From: a virus
Reading direction: 5' to 3' (one strand)
IMG/VR virus record: IMGVR_UViG_3300009509_000010
Coordinates: 14,782-78,781 of that record
DNA length: 64,000 nt
Made by a program: the position numbers and the translations under genes. This document shows, piece by piece, positions 19,550 through 28,362 of the stretch. The notes below the pieces were generated by a model. It did no database searches. It saw only the letters and a program-made list of their open reading frames with translations, and was not told where the DNA came from. How positions within the stretch are numbered: position 1 is the stretch's first letter; each line of letters begins with the position of its first letter.

Positions 19550-20409
19550 CAACCGAAAAAACAGCTCTGGTCCTCTCAGGGGGTTCGCGGTTCGGGGCGT
19601 GGCAAGTTGGGGTTGCGAAGCGCCTTTACGAAAAAGGCCTCAAACCCAAGGTGTTTTGTGGGGTGTCCGTTGGTGGTCTCAATGGGGCCCACCTTGCGCA
19701 ATATGATAGCTCGGTATCAGGATTGCAGGCGGTTGATGATCTTGTTGACCGGTGGGTGAGCCTTAACACTCGGGACGTTTGGCGTCACCGTTTACCCTTT
19801 GGCCTGTTATCGGCCTTGTGGAAAAAAAGCCCCTATGATTCGAGGCCGTTGGGCCGGTTGATTCGACAATGGTTTGATCCGTTTCGGGTCCGGGCGGCCG
19901 AAAACGAGCTTTTCATCGGCACGGTGTCGTTGCGGTCCGGGCGTTACCATGTTTTTGATCTCGATCATTCTGACCTCCACGCGGTCCTCGAAGCCAGCGC
20001 AGCCAACGCCATGTTTGAACCGGTGGAGCTCGCGAGCGGCCTTTATGCCGATGGTGGTTTGGTTTGTGCCACACCCCTACGAGCTGCGTTCAATGCGGGC
20101 GCAACTCGGATCTTTGTGGTGTTGACCGAGGCAAATCAAATGCAACAAGCCGATCAGCTCGAGACCTTTTTTGACATTGGGCCGCGACATTTGGCTATTC
20201 TATCCCGTAGTGTTTTCGAACTCGATCTCGGGTGGGCGCTCGCCGAAAACCGGTTGGCCGAGCGGGGGGACGGTGACAAACGCCACGTTGAGATCAAGGT
20301 GATTCGACCTTCGGATCCGTTAGTCGGTGACCATTTAGATTTTGATCCTGTCAGGTCAAAGGAGCTGATCGGGTGTGGTTACGAGGACGCCAAAAGGGTG
20401 GTGGTGTAG
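19546..20409 (+). CDS. Patatin-like phospholipase
   Basis: ALVLSGGSRFGAWQVG oxyanion loop, GVSVG nucleophile elbow, YADGG catalytic Asp. Confidence 0.9.
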   Translation: MTTEKTALVLSGGSRFGAWQVGVAKRLYEKGLKPKVFCGVSVGGLNGAHLAQYDSSVSGLQAVDDLVDRWVSLNTRDVWRHRLPFGLLSALWKKSPYDSRPLGRLIRQWFDPFRVRAAENELFIGTVSLRSGRYHVFDLDHSDLHAVLEASAANAMFEPVELASGLYADGGLVCATPLRAAFNAGATRIFVVLTEANQMQQADQLETFFDIGPRHLAILSRSVFELDLGWALAENRLAERGDGDKRHVEIKVIRPSDPLVGDHLDFDPVRSKELIGCGYEDAKRVVV

Positions 20410-20413
20410 CTTT

Positions 20414-20770
20414 ATGGTCGATTGGGTGATCGGTGTGGTGCTCGTGGTTATTGGATTGGCCGATTGGTTTTTTGCGACCTCTCGCATACCACCCACCGCT
20501 CGACGTGTGCAGTCTTATAGCTGGCGGTTGTCGGCCATGCCGTTCGTGTTGGGGGTTACTATAGGCCGGGCTTTTGCTCCACCGTTTGGGCCATCCGAAA
20601 ACCAGCTCCTTTGGGTCGTTGGTGCGTTTGTAGGGTTAGGGGTGATGGTGATGGCTTTGCATTGGGTTTTGGTGCGGTTCGCTGACGTGCCCAATTGGTT
20701 TAGCTTAATTTACGTGCCTTGTGGGGTGTTGCCCGGAATGTTGCTTTGGCCGGTTGCGGTGGGGGTGTGA
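20414..20770 (+). CDS. Integral membrane protein (about 4 TM)
   Basis: ATG at 20414; several hydrophobic segments. Confidence 0.65.
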   Translation: MVDWVIGVVLVVIGLADWFFATSRIPPTARRVQSYSWRLSAMPFVLGVTIGRAFAPPFGPSENQLLWVVGAFVGLGVMVMALHWVLVRFADVPNWFSLIYVPCGVLPGMLLWPVAVGV

Positions 20771-20771
20771 G

Positions 20772-21086
20772 GTGGCCGAGGTTCGCGAATCGACGATCCG
20801 AGCTCTGGCGGGTACCACCGACGGGCTCAACAAGGTGTTTACCACCCCCACCGAGTTTCAAGCCGGGTCCTTTCGATTGGTTTTGAATGGCCAGCTATAC
20901 GAGCCGGCGGATCCGATTTTTGGGTGGACCGAAACTGGTACAAACCAAGTAGTGTTGACCACCGCCCCCCGGGCGGGTGACGTTTTGCAGGCGTTTTACC
21001 GCGATTATTTGGGGATTGAGGTAAGCGGGACGGGTGATGTTATCGTGGGATCGCCATTTTTCCCGGGCGAGATCCCGGGGCCGTAG
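20772..21086 (+). CDS. Small virion beta-domain protein
   Basis: GTTDGLNKVFT..LVLNGQL..VVLTTAPRAGDVLQAFY pattern common in phage structural proteins. Confidence 0.55.
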   Translation: MAEVRESTIRALAGTTDGLNKVFTTPTEFQAGSFRLVLNGQLYEPADPIFGWTETGTNQVVLTTAPRAGDVLQAFYRDYLGIEVSGTGDVIVGSPFFPGEIPGP

Positions 21087-21094
21087 GAGCCGAA

Positions 21095-21808
21095 ATGCAA
21101 GATCTGGAAATTGTCGAGGTAGTTAAAGCCGTTTGGACCGCCGCTTTTATTAACGATTTGCCTGATAAGGCCTTTGCGGTGGTGTTACCCGGTGGAAAAA
21201 AAGATGATCAGGGTAAAACGGTGCCTCGGTCGTTGCGAATGCTCCCCCACCACGGGCCAAGCGTAAAGACTCCCGTAGAAAACACCTCAGTGGACTTGCC
21301 ACACCTTCGCAACGGTTTGGCCCGTGTGAGCCAAGCTAACATGCCCGAGGACGCCAAACGCCGAGCTCTGGCACACCTTGAGGCCCACGCAAAGGAGCTT
21401 TTGACTACAAAAAAACCAGCAAAAAAAGACGTTCAAAAGGTGCGGATCCAAGTAGAAAAAACCGCGTTGCCCCTCGGTCCAAATCAAGCTTTGCGGGATT
21501 TTGCTGCGGAGTTGCGAGAGGCGGTCGAAGCGCACCTTGAAAGTGCAATCAAAATCAAGTTTGGGTCAACCGACACCAAAAGCGCATCATTTTATCCACA
21601 TGATATTTTTGGGGATCACATGATCGCCGAGGTCAACCAATGGCAGAAAGGCAAAGGGTCCACCGAAACCTATTGGCTTGTGCCATACGCTCGAGGCGTG
21701 GGTGGGTTCGTGTTTGGCCCACCGGTCGAGGTTGAAAAGCAGATCCAATGGGTCCCAAAAATGCCGATTGAAAAGCGGGCCGGCGGATTATGGTCCAACG
21801 TGCTTTGA
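21095..21808 (+). CDS. Putative internal head protein (DUF6582-like N-terminal domain) with scaffold-like C-terminus
   Basis: INDLPDKAFA..RMLPHH..DLPHLRNGLARVSQ..A.AHLEAHAKEL; ends GGLWSNVL. Confidence 0.55.
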   Translation: MQDLEIVEVVKAVWTAAFINDLPDKAFAVVLPGGKKDDQGKTVPRSLRMLPHHGPSVKTPVENTSVDLPHLRNGLARVSQANMPEDAKRRALAHLEAHAKELLTTKKPAKKDVQKVRIQVEKTALPLGPNQALRDFAAELREAVEAHLESAIKIKFGSTDTKSASFYPHDIFGDHMIAEVNQWQKGKGSTETYWLVPYARGVGGFVFGPPVEVEKQIQWVPKMPIEKRAGGLWSNVL

Positions 21809-21821
21809 GTAGGGGGCGGCT

Positions 21822-22928
21822 ATGCCATCGATTGCCAGGGGACAGGAAAACACCACCGATCGGATCAATTGGTTTATCACGGTTAATGGTGCGTTGACTG
21901 ACGTTTACGAGATCGGGTTTCGGATCCTTGATATCACAGGGGGCTTGCCAGGCACCCAAATTTTCCCCTTGGCCGGTTGGGAGGACGTGACCGCGGCTCC
22001 TGGCAATTTCAACGTGGGGTCTTATTACGCCTACGATAACACGGCGGGCAACGGGTGGACGCCAGAGCTCACAACGAACCTAGGCGATCACCGAATCGAA
22101 TGGCGTTGGAAAACGTTTGCCAGCTCGGCCTATCAATTGGGGGCCGAGGACTTCATTGTGTTGACGGAATCGGCCGGGAGCTCGACCGATACCTACATTT
22201 CAGTACAAGACATTCGAGACTTAGGGATCACGGCGGGGATGGCCGATGATACTGAGGTCCTAAACATGATCGCGGTGTGGCAAGAATTTTTGGATCGAGC
22301 ATGCCGTCAATGGTTCAACCCTCGAGCGTTAACACTCCGATTTGATGGGACCGATTCTGATACCCTTCATTTTGGCGTGCCAATTATTTCGATCGATTAT
22401 ATTCGTCTCAACAACGACGATAACAACTTGAATGCAAACTATTACAAAGTGTACAGCGGGCGCACATACCCTGATGATCGGCGCAATCCGCGGATCAAGT
22501 TGGTTCGGTCCGATGATTTTCGAGACATATACACCGCGCCTTTGTCGTGGGGTGATCTCAGGTTTCGCAAGGGTAGGCAAAACCAGATGGTCAAGGGGAC
22601 GTTTGGTTTTGTCGAGGAGGATGGCACCACGCCCAAATTGATCCAACGGGCCTTGTCAAAGCTTGTAGTTGAAAAGCTGCAAAACCCGATCTTTCATGAT
22701 TATTCAAGCGGGCCAGCTCCGGTCCCGACCCCACCGCCGATTGTAGGGCCATTGACCTCGGAAAAAACCGACGATCACGAGCGCAAATTTGGTCAAAGCG
22801 GCGGGTCGGTGGCACCCCGGCGGGCGGGGCTTGCGGGGATCACGGATGACCAAGAGGTCCTCGGAATCATCAAGCTTTACCGAGCCCCCATTGGTTTGGC
22901 AACGCCAGCGCATTGGAGCTATAAATAA
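21822..22928 (+). CDS. Head-tail connector (gp6/gp15-like) with extra N-terminal domain
   Basis: YISVQDIR..EFLDRACRQWF..GTFGF..PKLIQRA pattern; position before head closure. Confidence 0.6.
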   Translation: MPSIARGQENTTDRINWFITVNGALTDVYEIGFRILDITGGLPGTQIFPLAGWEDVTAAPGNFNVGSYYAYDNTAGNGWTPELTTNLGDHRIEWRWKTFASSAYQLGAEDFIVLTESAGSSTDTYISVQDIRDLGITAGMADDTEVLNMIAVWQEFLDRACRQWFNPRALTLRFDGTDSDTLHFGVPIISIDYIRLNNDDNNLNANYYKVYSGRTYPDDRRNPRIKLVRSDDFRDIYTAPLSWGDLRFRKGRQNQMVKGTFGFVEEDGTTPKLIQRALSKLVVEKLQNPIFHDYSSGPAPVPTPPPIVGPLTSEKTDDHERKFGQSGGSVAPRRAGLAGITDDQEVLGIIKLYRAPIGLATPAHWSYK

Positions 22929-23330
22929 ATGCCGATTCCCAACTTGATCCATCCTGTCCCGATCACGGTTGAAAAGATCAGCCGCTCCACCACGTATTAC
23001 GACGAGGACGCCCGGGAGCCTATCCAATTCGCCGATCGTCCGGAGTCGGTGACCATTGATGGTCAAGTTAAGTGGTTCGACGAAAACGAGCTCGCCGCAA
23101 CCAAAAGTGGTCCGGCCGAGGGGTCAACGGGGTATGTGCTATTTCGCCAGGTAGACTTAACGGCCAAAGGGTTAGAGCTCGAGCAAAACGACCGGTTTAC
23201 AAAAATAGGCCTACGTACCACCGACGTTTACATCAAAGCTTTGCGGCCGGTTGGCCATTATCCCGACATTGGGGGGCATACCATGATCAAGGCCTATTTC
23301 ACGGATAGGCAACCGTCGAGGGTGGGGTAA
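22929..23330 (+). CDS. Head closure / head-tail joining protein
   Basis: 133 aa beta protein in canonical neck position. Confidence 0.55.
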   Translation: MPIPNLIHPVPITVEKISRSTTYYDEDAREPIQFADRPESVTIDGQVKWFDENELAATKSGPAEGSTGYVLFRQVDLTAKGLELEQNDRFTKIGLRTTDVYIKALRPVGHYPDIGGHTMIKAYFTDRQPSRVG

Positions 23331-23341
23331 CGCCGCGGCGG

Positions 23342-23983
23342 TTGATATCGTTCAAGGTTGATTCCGGGTGGGGTCGGTTCAAACGTGCGATCGACCCAAC
23401 CGGTTTTTCGAGAGCTTCCAGAGCTGAGATCCGCAAGGCCACCCGAAAAAATGGGTTGATGGCCGTGAAACGGATCCGGGGTTTAATCAAAGGCGGTCAA
23501 GGGGGGTTTGAGGCCAACGCCGAGTTGACAAAGGAGATCAAGGAGGCCTCGGTCCCCTTGGTCGGGGGCAAGGTTGCAACCGGTGGAATCAACGTGTTTC
23601 AGGCAATTTCAAGCACAATGCTCGACGATTATTCGGTTTTCGCGGGTGTCAAGTTTGTTTCCGAGGCCTACGATATCGCCGAAACGATACACGGTGGGGC
23701 CGTGATCCCGGTCACCGAGAAAATGAGGACCATGTTTAGGGTCCTTTGGTGGGCCTCCGAGGGAAGTATTGACCCCGCAGATCTCACCGGGCGGGCGGCG
23801 GAGTTGTGGCGTTTGAAGCCGGGTGGGTGGTACCCTCTCGAGGACTCCACCAAAGCAATCGTGATCCCGCCGCGTCCGTTTATCGAGCGGGCGTTTGCGG
23901 ATCCAGAGCTCCGACGTGAGGCCCGACGAAATTGGGAACTCGCGGTTTCCGCAGCGTTGCGGGTAATGGCTAGGGGGCGTTAA
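23342..23983 (+). CDS. Neck/tail completion protein (HK97 gp10-like)
   Basis: IPPRPFIERAF motif; basic; neck position; start uncertain. Confidence 0.6.
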   Translation: MISFKVDSGWGRFKRAIDPTGFSRASRAEIRKATRKNGLMAVKRIRGLIKGGQGGFEANAELTKEIKEASVPLVGGKVATGGINVFQAISSTMLDDYSVFAGVKFVSEAYDIAETIHGGAVIPVTEKMRTMFRVLWWASEGSIDPADLTGRAAELWRLKPGGWYPLEDSTKAIVIPPRPFIERAFADPELRREARRNWELAVSAALRVMARGR

Positions 23984-23985
23984 CC

Positions 23986-25245
23986 ATGGCAAGGCGTATC
24001 AAGCGGCTAGTAAAACGATTTAAGTTTGAGGAAGACAACCGAGCCCGAATCGAGCTCGTTTCGAACGTGCGACTCGACCCATTGGCCAACCGTCTCAAAT
24101 TGTCGGAACCCTATCAAAGCTCTGGTGTGGCGAAAACTTGGGTTACCAACCCGAGCTCGGTCAAGCAATGGTTGGGCTTTGAGGTTGTGATCCACCACGC
24201 AATGACCGGCGGGGCCGCGGCGGGGGTGCCCGTCATGACGCCGATCACGGGTGCGGGTTACCGCCTCACCGACGGGACCGACGAATTTTGGCACAATGGG
24301 GCGGCGTGGGAGGTCAACACCACCGATTGGAATACCGAGGAACAAGTTGCGGCGAATATTTCAAGTTTCCCGGTGACCCCGCAAAAATTGGGGGTGGTGA
24401 TACAGCTCACAACTACCGATTTGGGCTATACCCCGGAGGTCGAGGAGATCCGGGTCCTTTGGGCCTCCGATGTCGAGTTTTACGAGGACCTGGTTTACCG
24501 TTCTTTAGTCCGGGCCTTGCGGGAAAACATCCGACCGATCACCGACTACTTGATAAAACCCGGGACGGCCACCGCCACGATTGACCTCGACCAATTTCCT
24601 CTCAAAACGCCCTACAACGTGGTGGGAGTGGATTCGGTTTATGATCGAACCGATGATCCCGACCGGTTGGTTGACCTGTTGCAATCGTACAACACTGGGA
24701 CCAAGTTGATCACGTTGAACGCTACACTTCCAACCGACCACGTGGCAACGCTCCGATTGATTTACGAGCCCGAGGTTTCAGTGACCACAAGCCAAGATTT
24801 TTACGAGGTGGCTAAGGTTCCCGCGTTGGTGCTCGACGATATCGATTTTGTGGACGCCGCGCCACTTGCGGCAAACGATTGGGTGACAAACAAGGGCGAC
24901 GGATCAGCGGTCAAGGTGTTTGCCCCTATCCAAGGGGACCTTGAGGTATCCCTATTGGCTTACACCGACAAAGGGGTGGACCAGCAAAGGCTCAAGGAAG
25001 CGATCCACCGGTATTTTGAAAACAACCCGACGTTGCGCAGCACGGGACTTGACGAGCAATTTAGCTTGTGGCTAATTGATGAGTACGACATGCGGAACGT
25101 TCCGAGTCCGGCCGACATACACACCGGCCGGGTGAGGTTTCGGATCCGTGACGTCGTTGTCTACGCTAGAGATTCCGTCGACAGTTTTGGAGTGCAGCGG
25201 TTCAACCTGACCGGGACCGAGGACTACACCCTCGCGGGTGAGTAA
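23986..25245 (+). CDS. Tail terminator-like protein with extra domains
   Basis: Directly upstream of sheath; C-term VPALVLDD..LEVSLLAY..RVRFRIRD. Confidence 0.5.
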   Translation: MARRIKRLVKRFKFEEDNRARIELVSNVRLDPLANRLKLSEPYQSSGVAKTWVTNPSSVKQWLGFEVVIHHAMTGGAAAGVPVMTPITGAGYRLTDGTDEFWHNGAAWEVNTTDWNTEEQVAANISSFPVTPQKLGVVIQLTTTDLGYTPEVEEIRVLWASDVEFYEDLVYRSLVRALRENIRPITDYLIKPGTATATIDLDQFPLKTPYNVVGVDSVYDRTDDPDRLVDLLQSYNTGTKLITLNATLPTDHVATLRLIYEPEVSVTTSQDFYEVAKVPALVLDDIDFVDAAPLAANDWVTNKGDGSAVKVFAPIQGDLEVSLLAYTDKGVDQQRLKEAIHRYFENNPTLRSTGLDEQFSLWLIDEYDMRNVPSPADIHTGRVRFRIRDVVVYARDSVDSFGVQRFNLTGTEDYTLAGE

Positions 25246-25260
25246 CACGAGGAGATCGAC

Positions 25261-27549
25261 ATGGCCGTTAAGCGTTTTGGACCAACCCGCGGTGCGGGCG
25301 TTGTGGTTATCGAAAAAGAGGGCGAAAAAACGATCGAAGCCGGGGCCCTCGGGATGGTGGCTTATGCCGGTGTGCTCGAAAAAGGCACCCCGGGTGAGCT
25401 GATCCAAACCTTTTCCAAAACCGAGTTTTTGAAAAAGTGCGGCGGGCGGCTAAGCGATTGGATGACCCCCGACGCGGTGATCGACTTTTTCGACAACGCC
25501 GCTGGGGCGGGGGCGGTGCACCTTGTTCGGGTAACCGATGGCAACGAACTCCAGGCCGAGGCTACTTTATACGCTCGGTATGAATCCCTTTTGACCCCAA
25601 TGGGGACAATCAAAGCCAAAAACGGCGGCCGGTGGGGCGGCAAAAAGCTCTATTACACCGGGGACGTCGCGATCGCGGACGATATCGAAAATATTACACT
25701 CGACACCGGTGTTTCAACGTTTACGACGGATCAATGGGCCGGCGGTTACCTCGAGCTCGAAGACGTGCCAAACGTCCAATTCCCTATCGTCGGAAACGAT
25801 AACACCGGGGTGATAACGTTGGCCTCGGATCAAACGATGAAAGACCAATACGACGCCCTCAGTGGCAGCTCGTTGCGGTATTATTTGGTTCTCGAAAACG
25901 ATGGCAAGGAGGTCACCTACAAAATCGGTGATGGTGAGGACGACCCCACGGGCGAGTTTTCCCTCGAAGTTTTCGTTGACGGGTTGACCGTAAAAAAGTG
26001 GGCAAACCTCAACACAAATCCGACCTCGGGCAAGTATTGGGTCGACGTGATCAACGAGGATACGGGCAACGACGAGGTCGAGGTCGAGGACCTTTGGACG
26101 GGTGCTCACACCGCCGCGGTACGTCCCGCCAATCACTACGGGGTGATCGACACTGGATTGACCGATACGGTTTTGACGGCGGTGATCCATGACTTTCGGG
26201 TGACGCTGAGCCCAACCGGGGCGGATCCAACGTTTGCGCTCGGGACCACCACCGACGAAATGGAGCCGCAAAAAATTACGTTGACCATGACGGGTGCGGC
26301 GGCGTTTGACGCGGTGTCTGACAAGTTTGGGGCCCTTGGGTCTGGGGCGACTGACGCCCTATTTACTCCGAACAACAAATGGACGCCGCCTTTTACGGTG
26401 ACCGAGGGTGGCACAGCATTGGCGGCGGCCGATGTCATGGTGATCAACTACAAGCCGTTTCAACCTGACGCGTTGATCGGCGGGCTGGTATACCCGGACA
26501 AAGACAACGCCAAGAACGTCAATTATCGGATTGTTGACAACGATCACAAAACGATCACGGCGTCCGATGGTTCCGATATGCTCACCGACGGGGCCGACGG
26601 GGACACGTTTATGGTTTCGGCTCCAATGCCGTTGGCCGGTGGCCGAGACGGTAACGCCGATTTGATTGATGCTGATTACACGCAACAGGCGTATGACGTT
26701 GACGCAAGCCCGTTCAATCAACTTTTCGGCAAAAATTACGGCTTGATCAAAATGGCAACGCCAGGGATCACGTCAACGGCCGTTCAAAAAGCGGGCGTTG
26801 CCTACGCCGCGGCTCGAAACTACCAATACCGCTACGAGATCCCGTCAAACTACACCACCGAGGTTTCGGCGATCGACTATATCAACGACACAATCGGGCG
26901 GTCCGATTATTCGGTGGGTGCGTTTCCGAGCTACGGTTACGAGTCCGATCCAAACTCGACCGAAAACAAACTCATGTTGGTGACCATGACCGGGGCGATC
27001 CATGGCCGTGAAGCAAGGATCGCGGTGGATTATGACGGTTACCACAAGGCCGCGGCCGGAGTAGACGCGAAGCTGCCACAAATTCTCAAAATCACCACGG
27101 GCGAAAAGGCTTTGAATGAGGAGATCCTAAACCCGGCCGGATTGCAGGTGATCAAAAAGGTCAAGGGCAACTTTGTGATCTGGGGCGATCGTACCCTCTA
27201 CACGGATCCGACGTGGAAGTGGAAGCACCAACGTGAGTTGATGTCGTACTATGAAAACGTTCTCAGGGAATCGTTTGATTGGATTATATTTATGATCAAC
27301 GATCCGATCACAGAAAACCTGGCCAAGGTAGCGTTGCGGTCGTTTTTCCAACCGGAATACGCAAAGCGGGCGTTGCGAGGACCGACCTTTGAGGACGCTT
27401 GCGTGATCAAAATCGATGGGGAGAATAACACCAACGCCACCCGGGCGGCTGGGGATATGTTCGCCGATTTGACTTTGCGCTTGGCCGACACGGTGGAGCG
27501 TTTCATCTTGCGAATGGGCAAGGCCGGTATTTTTGACGGTGCGGCCTAG
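25261..27549 (+). CDS. Contractile tail sheath protein
   Basis: GVVVIE N-term, AKNGGRWG, GYHKAAAG, FVIWGDRTL and sheath C-terminal domain. Confidence 0.92.
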   Translation: MAVKRFGPTRGAGVVVIEKEGEKTIEAGALGMVAYAGVLEKGTPGELIQTFSKTEFLKKCGGRLSDWMTPDAVIDFFDNAAGAGAVHLVRVTDGNELQAEATLYARYESLLTPMGTIKAKNGGRWGGKKLYYTGDVAIADDIENITLDTGVSTFTTDQWAGGYLELEDVPNVQFPIVGNDNTGVITLASDQTMKDQYDALSGSSLRYYLVLENDGKEVTYKIGDGEDDPTGEFSLEVFVDGLTVKKWANLNTNPTSGKYWVDVINEDTGNDEVEVEDLWTGAHTAAVRPANHYGVIDTGLTDTVLTAVIHDFRVTLSPTGADPTFALGTTTDEMEPQKITLTMTGAAAFDAVSDKFGALGSGATDALFTPNNKWTPPFTVTEGGTALAAADVMVINYKPFQPDALIGGLVYPDKDNAKNVNYRIVDNDHKTITASDGSDMLTDGADGDTFMVSAPMPLAGGRDGNADLIDADYTQQAYDVDASPFNQLFGKNYGLIKMATPGITSTAVQKAGVAYAAARNYQYRYEIPSNYTTEVSAIDYINDTIGRSDYSVGAFPSYGYESDPNSTENKLMLVTMTGAIHGREARIAVDYDGYHKAAAGVDAKLPQILKITTGEKALNEEILNPAGLQVIKKVKGNFVIWGDRTLYTDPTWKWKHQRELMSYYENVLRESFDWIIFMINDPITENLAKVALRSFFQPEYAKRALRGPTFEDACVIKIDGENNTNATRAAGDMFADLTLRLADTVERFILRMGKAGIFDGAA

Positions 27550-27591
27550 TGCCGGTGGTTTTGCGTAACCTGACAACTCGAGGAGTTTGAC

Positions 27592-27813
27592 ATGTCGGTA
27601 ACACTCAAAAAATTGATTGGTGAGGCCGGGGCCGGGATCGACGATAGTATGGGTTTCCACAACTTATACGACGTTTTGAAGGCCCTAGTGCAAACCCAAA
27701 ACGACCTCGTAACGCAGTTCAACCAATTGCGTATTGATTATAACGCGGAAACGGCGGCGGATCATACTGACACCACCGCAACCGCGGTTACGGCCGGGGT
27801 AACAGTGGAGTAA
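27592..27813 (+). CDS. Small coiled-coil protein between sheath and tube
   Basis: RBS GAGGAG; 73 aa. Confidence 0.6.
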   Translation: MSVTLKKLIGEAGAGIDDSMGFHNLYDVLKALVQTQNDLVTQFNQLRIDYNAETAADHTDTTATAVTAGVTVE

Positions 27814-27861
27814 ATCGGGCCAAGGCCCTAGATAAGGGAACCTTTCCGAGGAGGCGAAAGT

Positions 27862-28305
27862 ATGAAAGGCGCAATTCAACCGGGACACGTTGGCCAAAAC
27901 CGATACCTTTTGCAGGTCGTAGGGGGACCGGATCCATTGACGTTTACCGAGGTCTCTGGCCTCGAGTCTGAAACCACGGTGGTGGAGCTCCCAGATCGGA
28001 CCCAAGCCAGTGGCGGCGAAGAAATGGTAGGCGAGATCACGGCAATGCACCCGTTGCACCACAAAACCGAGCGAGCCTATCTCGAGGCGTGGCTCGTGGC
28101 GGGCCGTGACCCAGTGCAACCGGGGTACAAGCGGGCGGCCACCATGACGTGGATCAATATTCACGGCGAGGTGGCCGGGGTGTGGGATATTCGCGGCATT
28201 TTTTGCAGCAAGCGCACCCTTCCCGACGCCGAAATGGGCAACGATGGCGAAATGGCTCAAATCGAGTGGACGTTCAAACACGATAGTTGCGTTCCGATTC
28301 CGTAG
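27862..28305 (+). CDS. Tail tube protein (T4 gp19-like)
   Basis: FTEVSGLESET..W..YKRAATM..WDIRGIF..E.TFKHD; follows sheath. Confidence 0.85.
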   Translation: MKGAIQPGHVGQNRYLLQVVGGPDPLTFTEVSGLESETTVVELPDRTQASGGEEMVGEITAMHPLHHKTERAYLEAWLVAGRDPVQPGYKRAATMTWINIHGEVAGVWDIRGIFCSKRTLPDAEMGNDGEMAQIEWTFKHDSCVPIP

Positions 28306-28362
28306 CGAACAAAACCCAGCGGGTGGGCATCACAAGGCCGATCGGCCGATTGGAGGTGACCC

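Noticed and set aside
19546-20409. Patatin as a CBASS CapV effector
   Set aside because: No CD-NTase or Cap genes in the window
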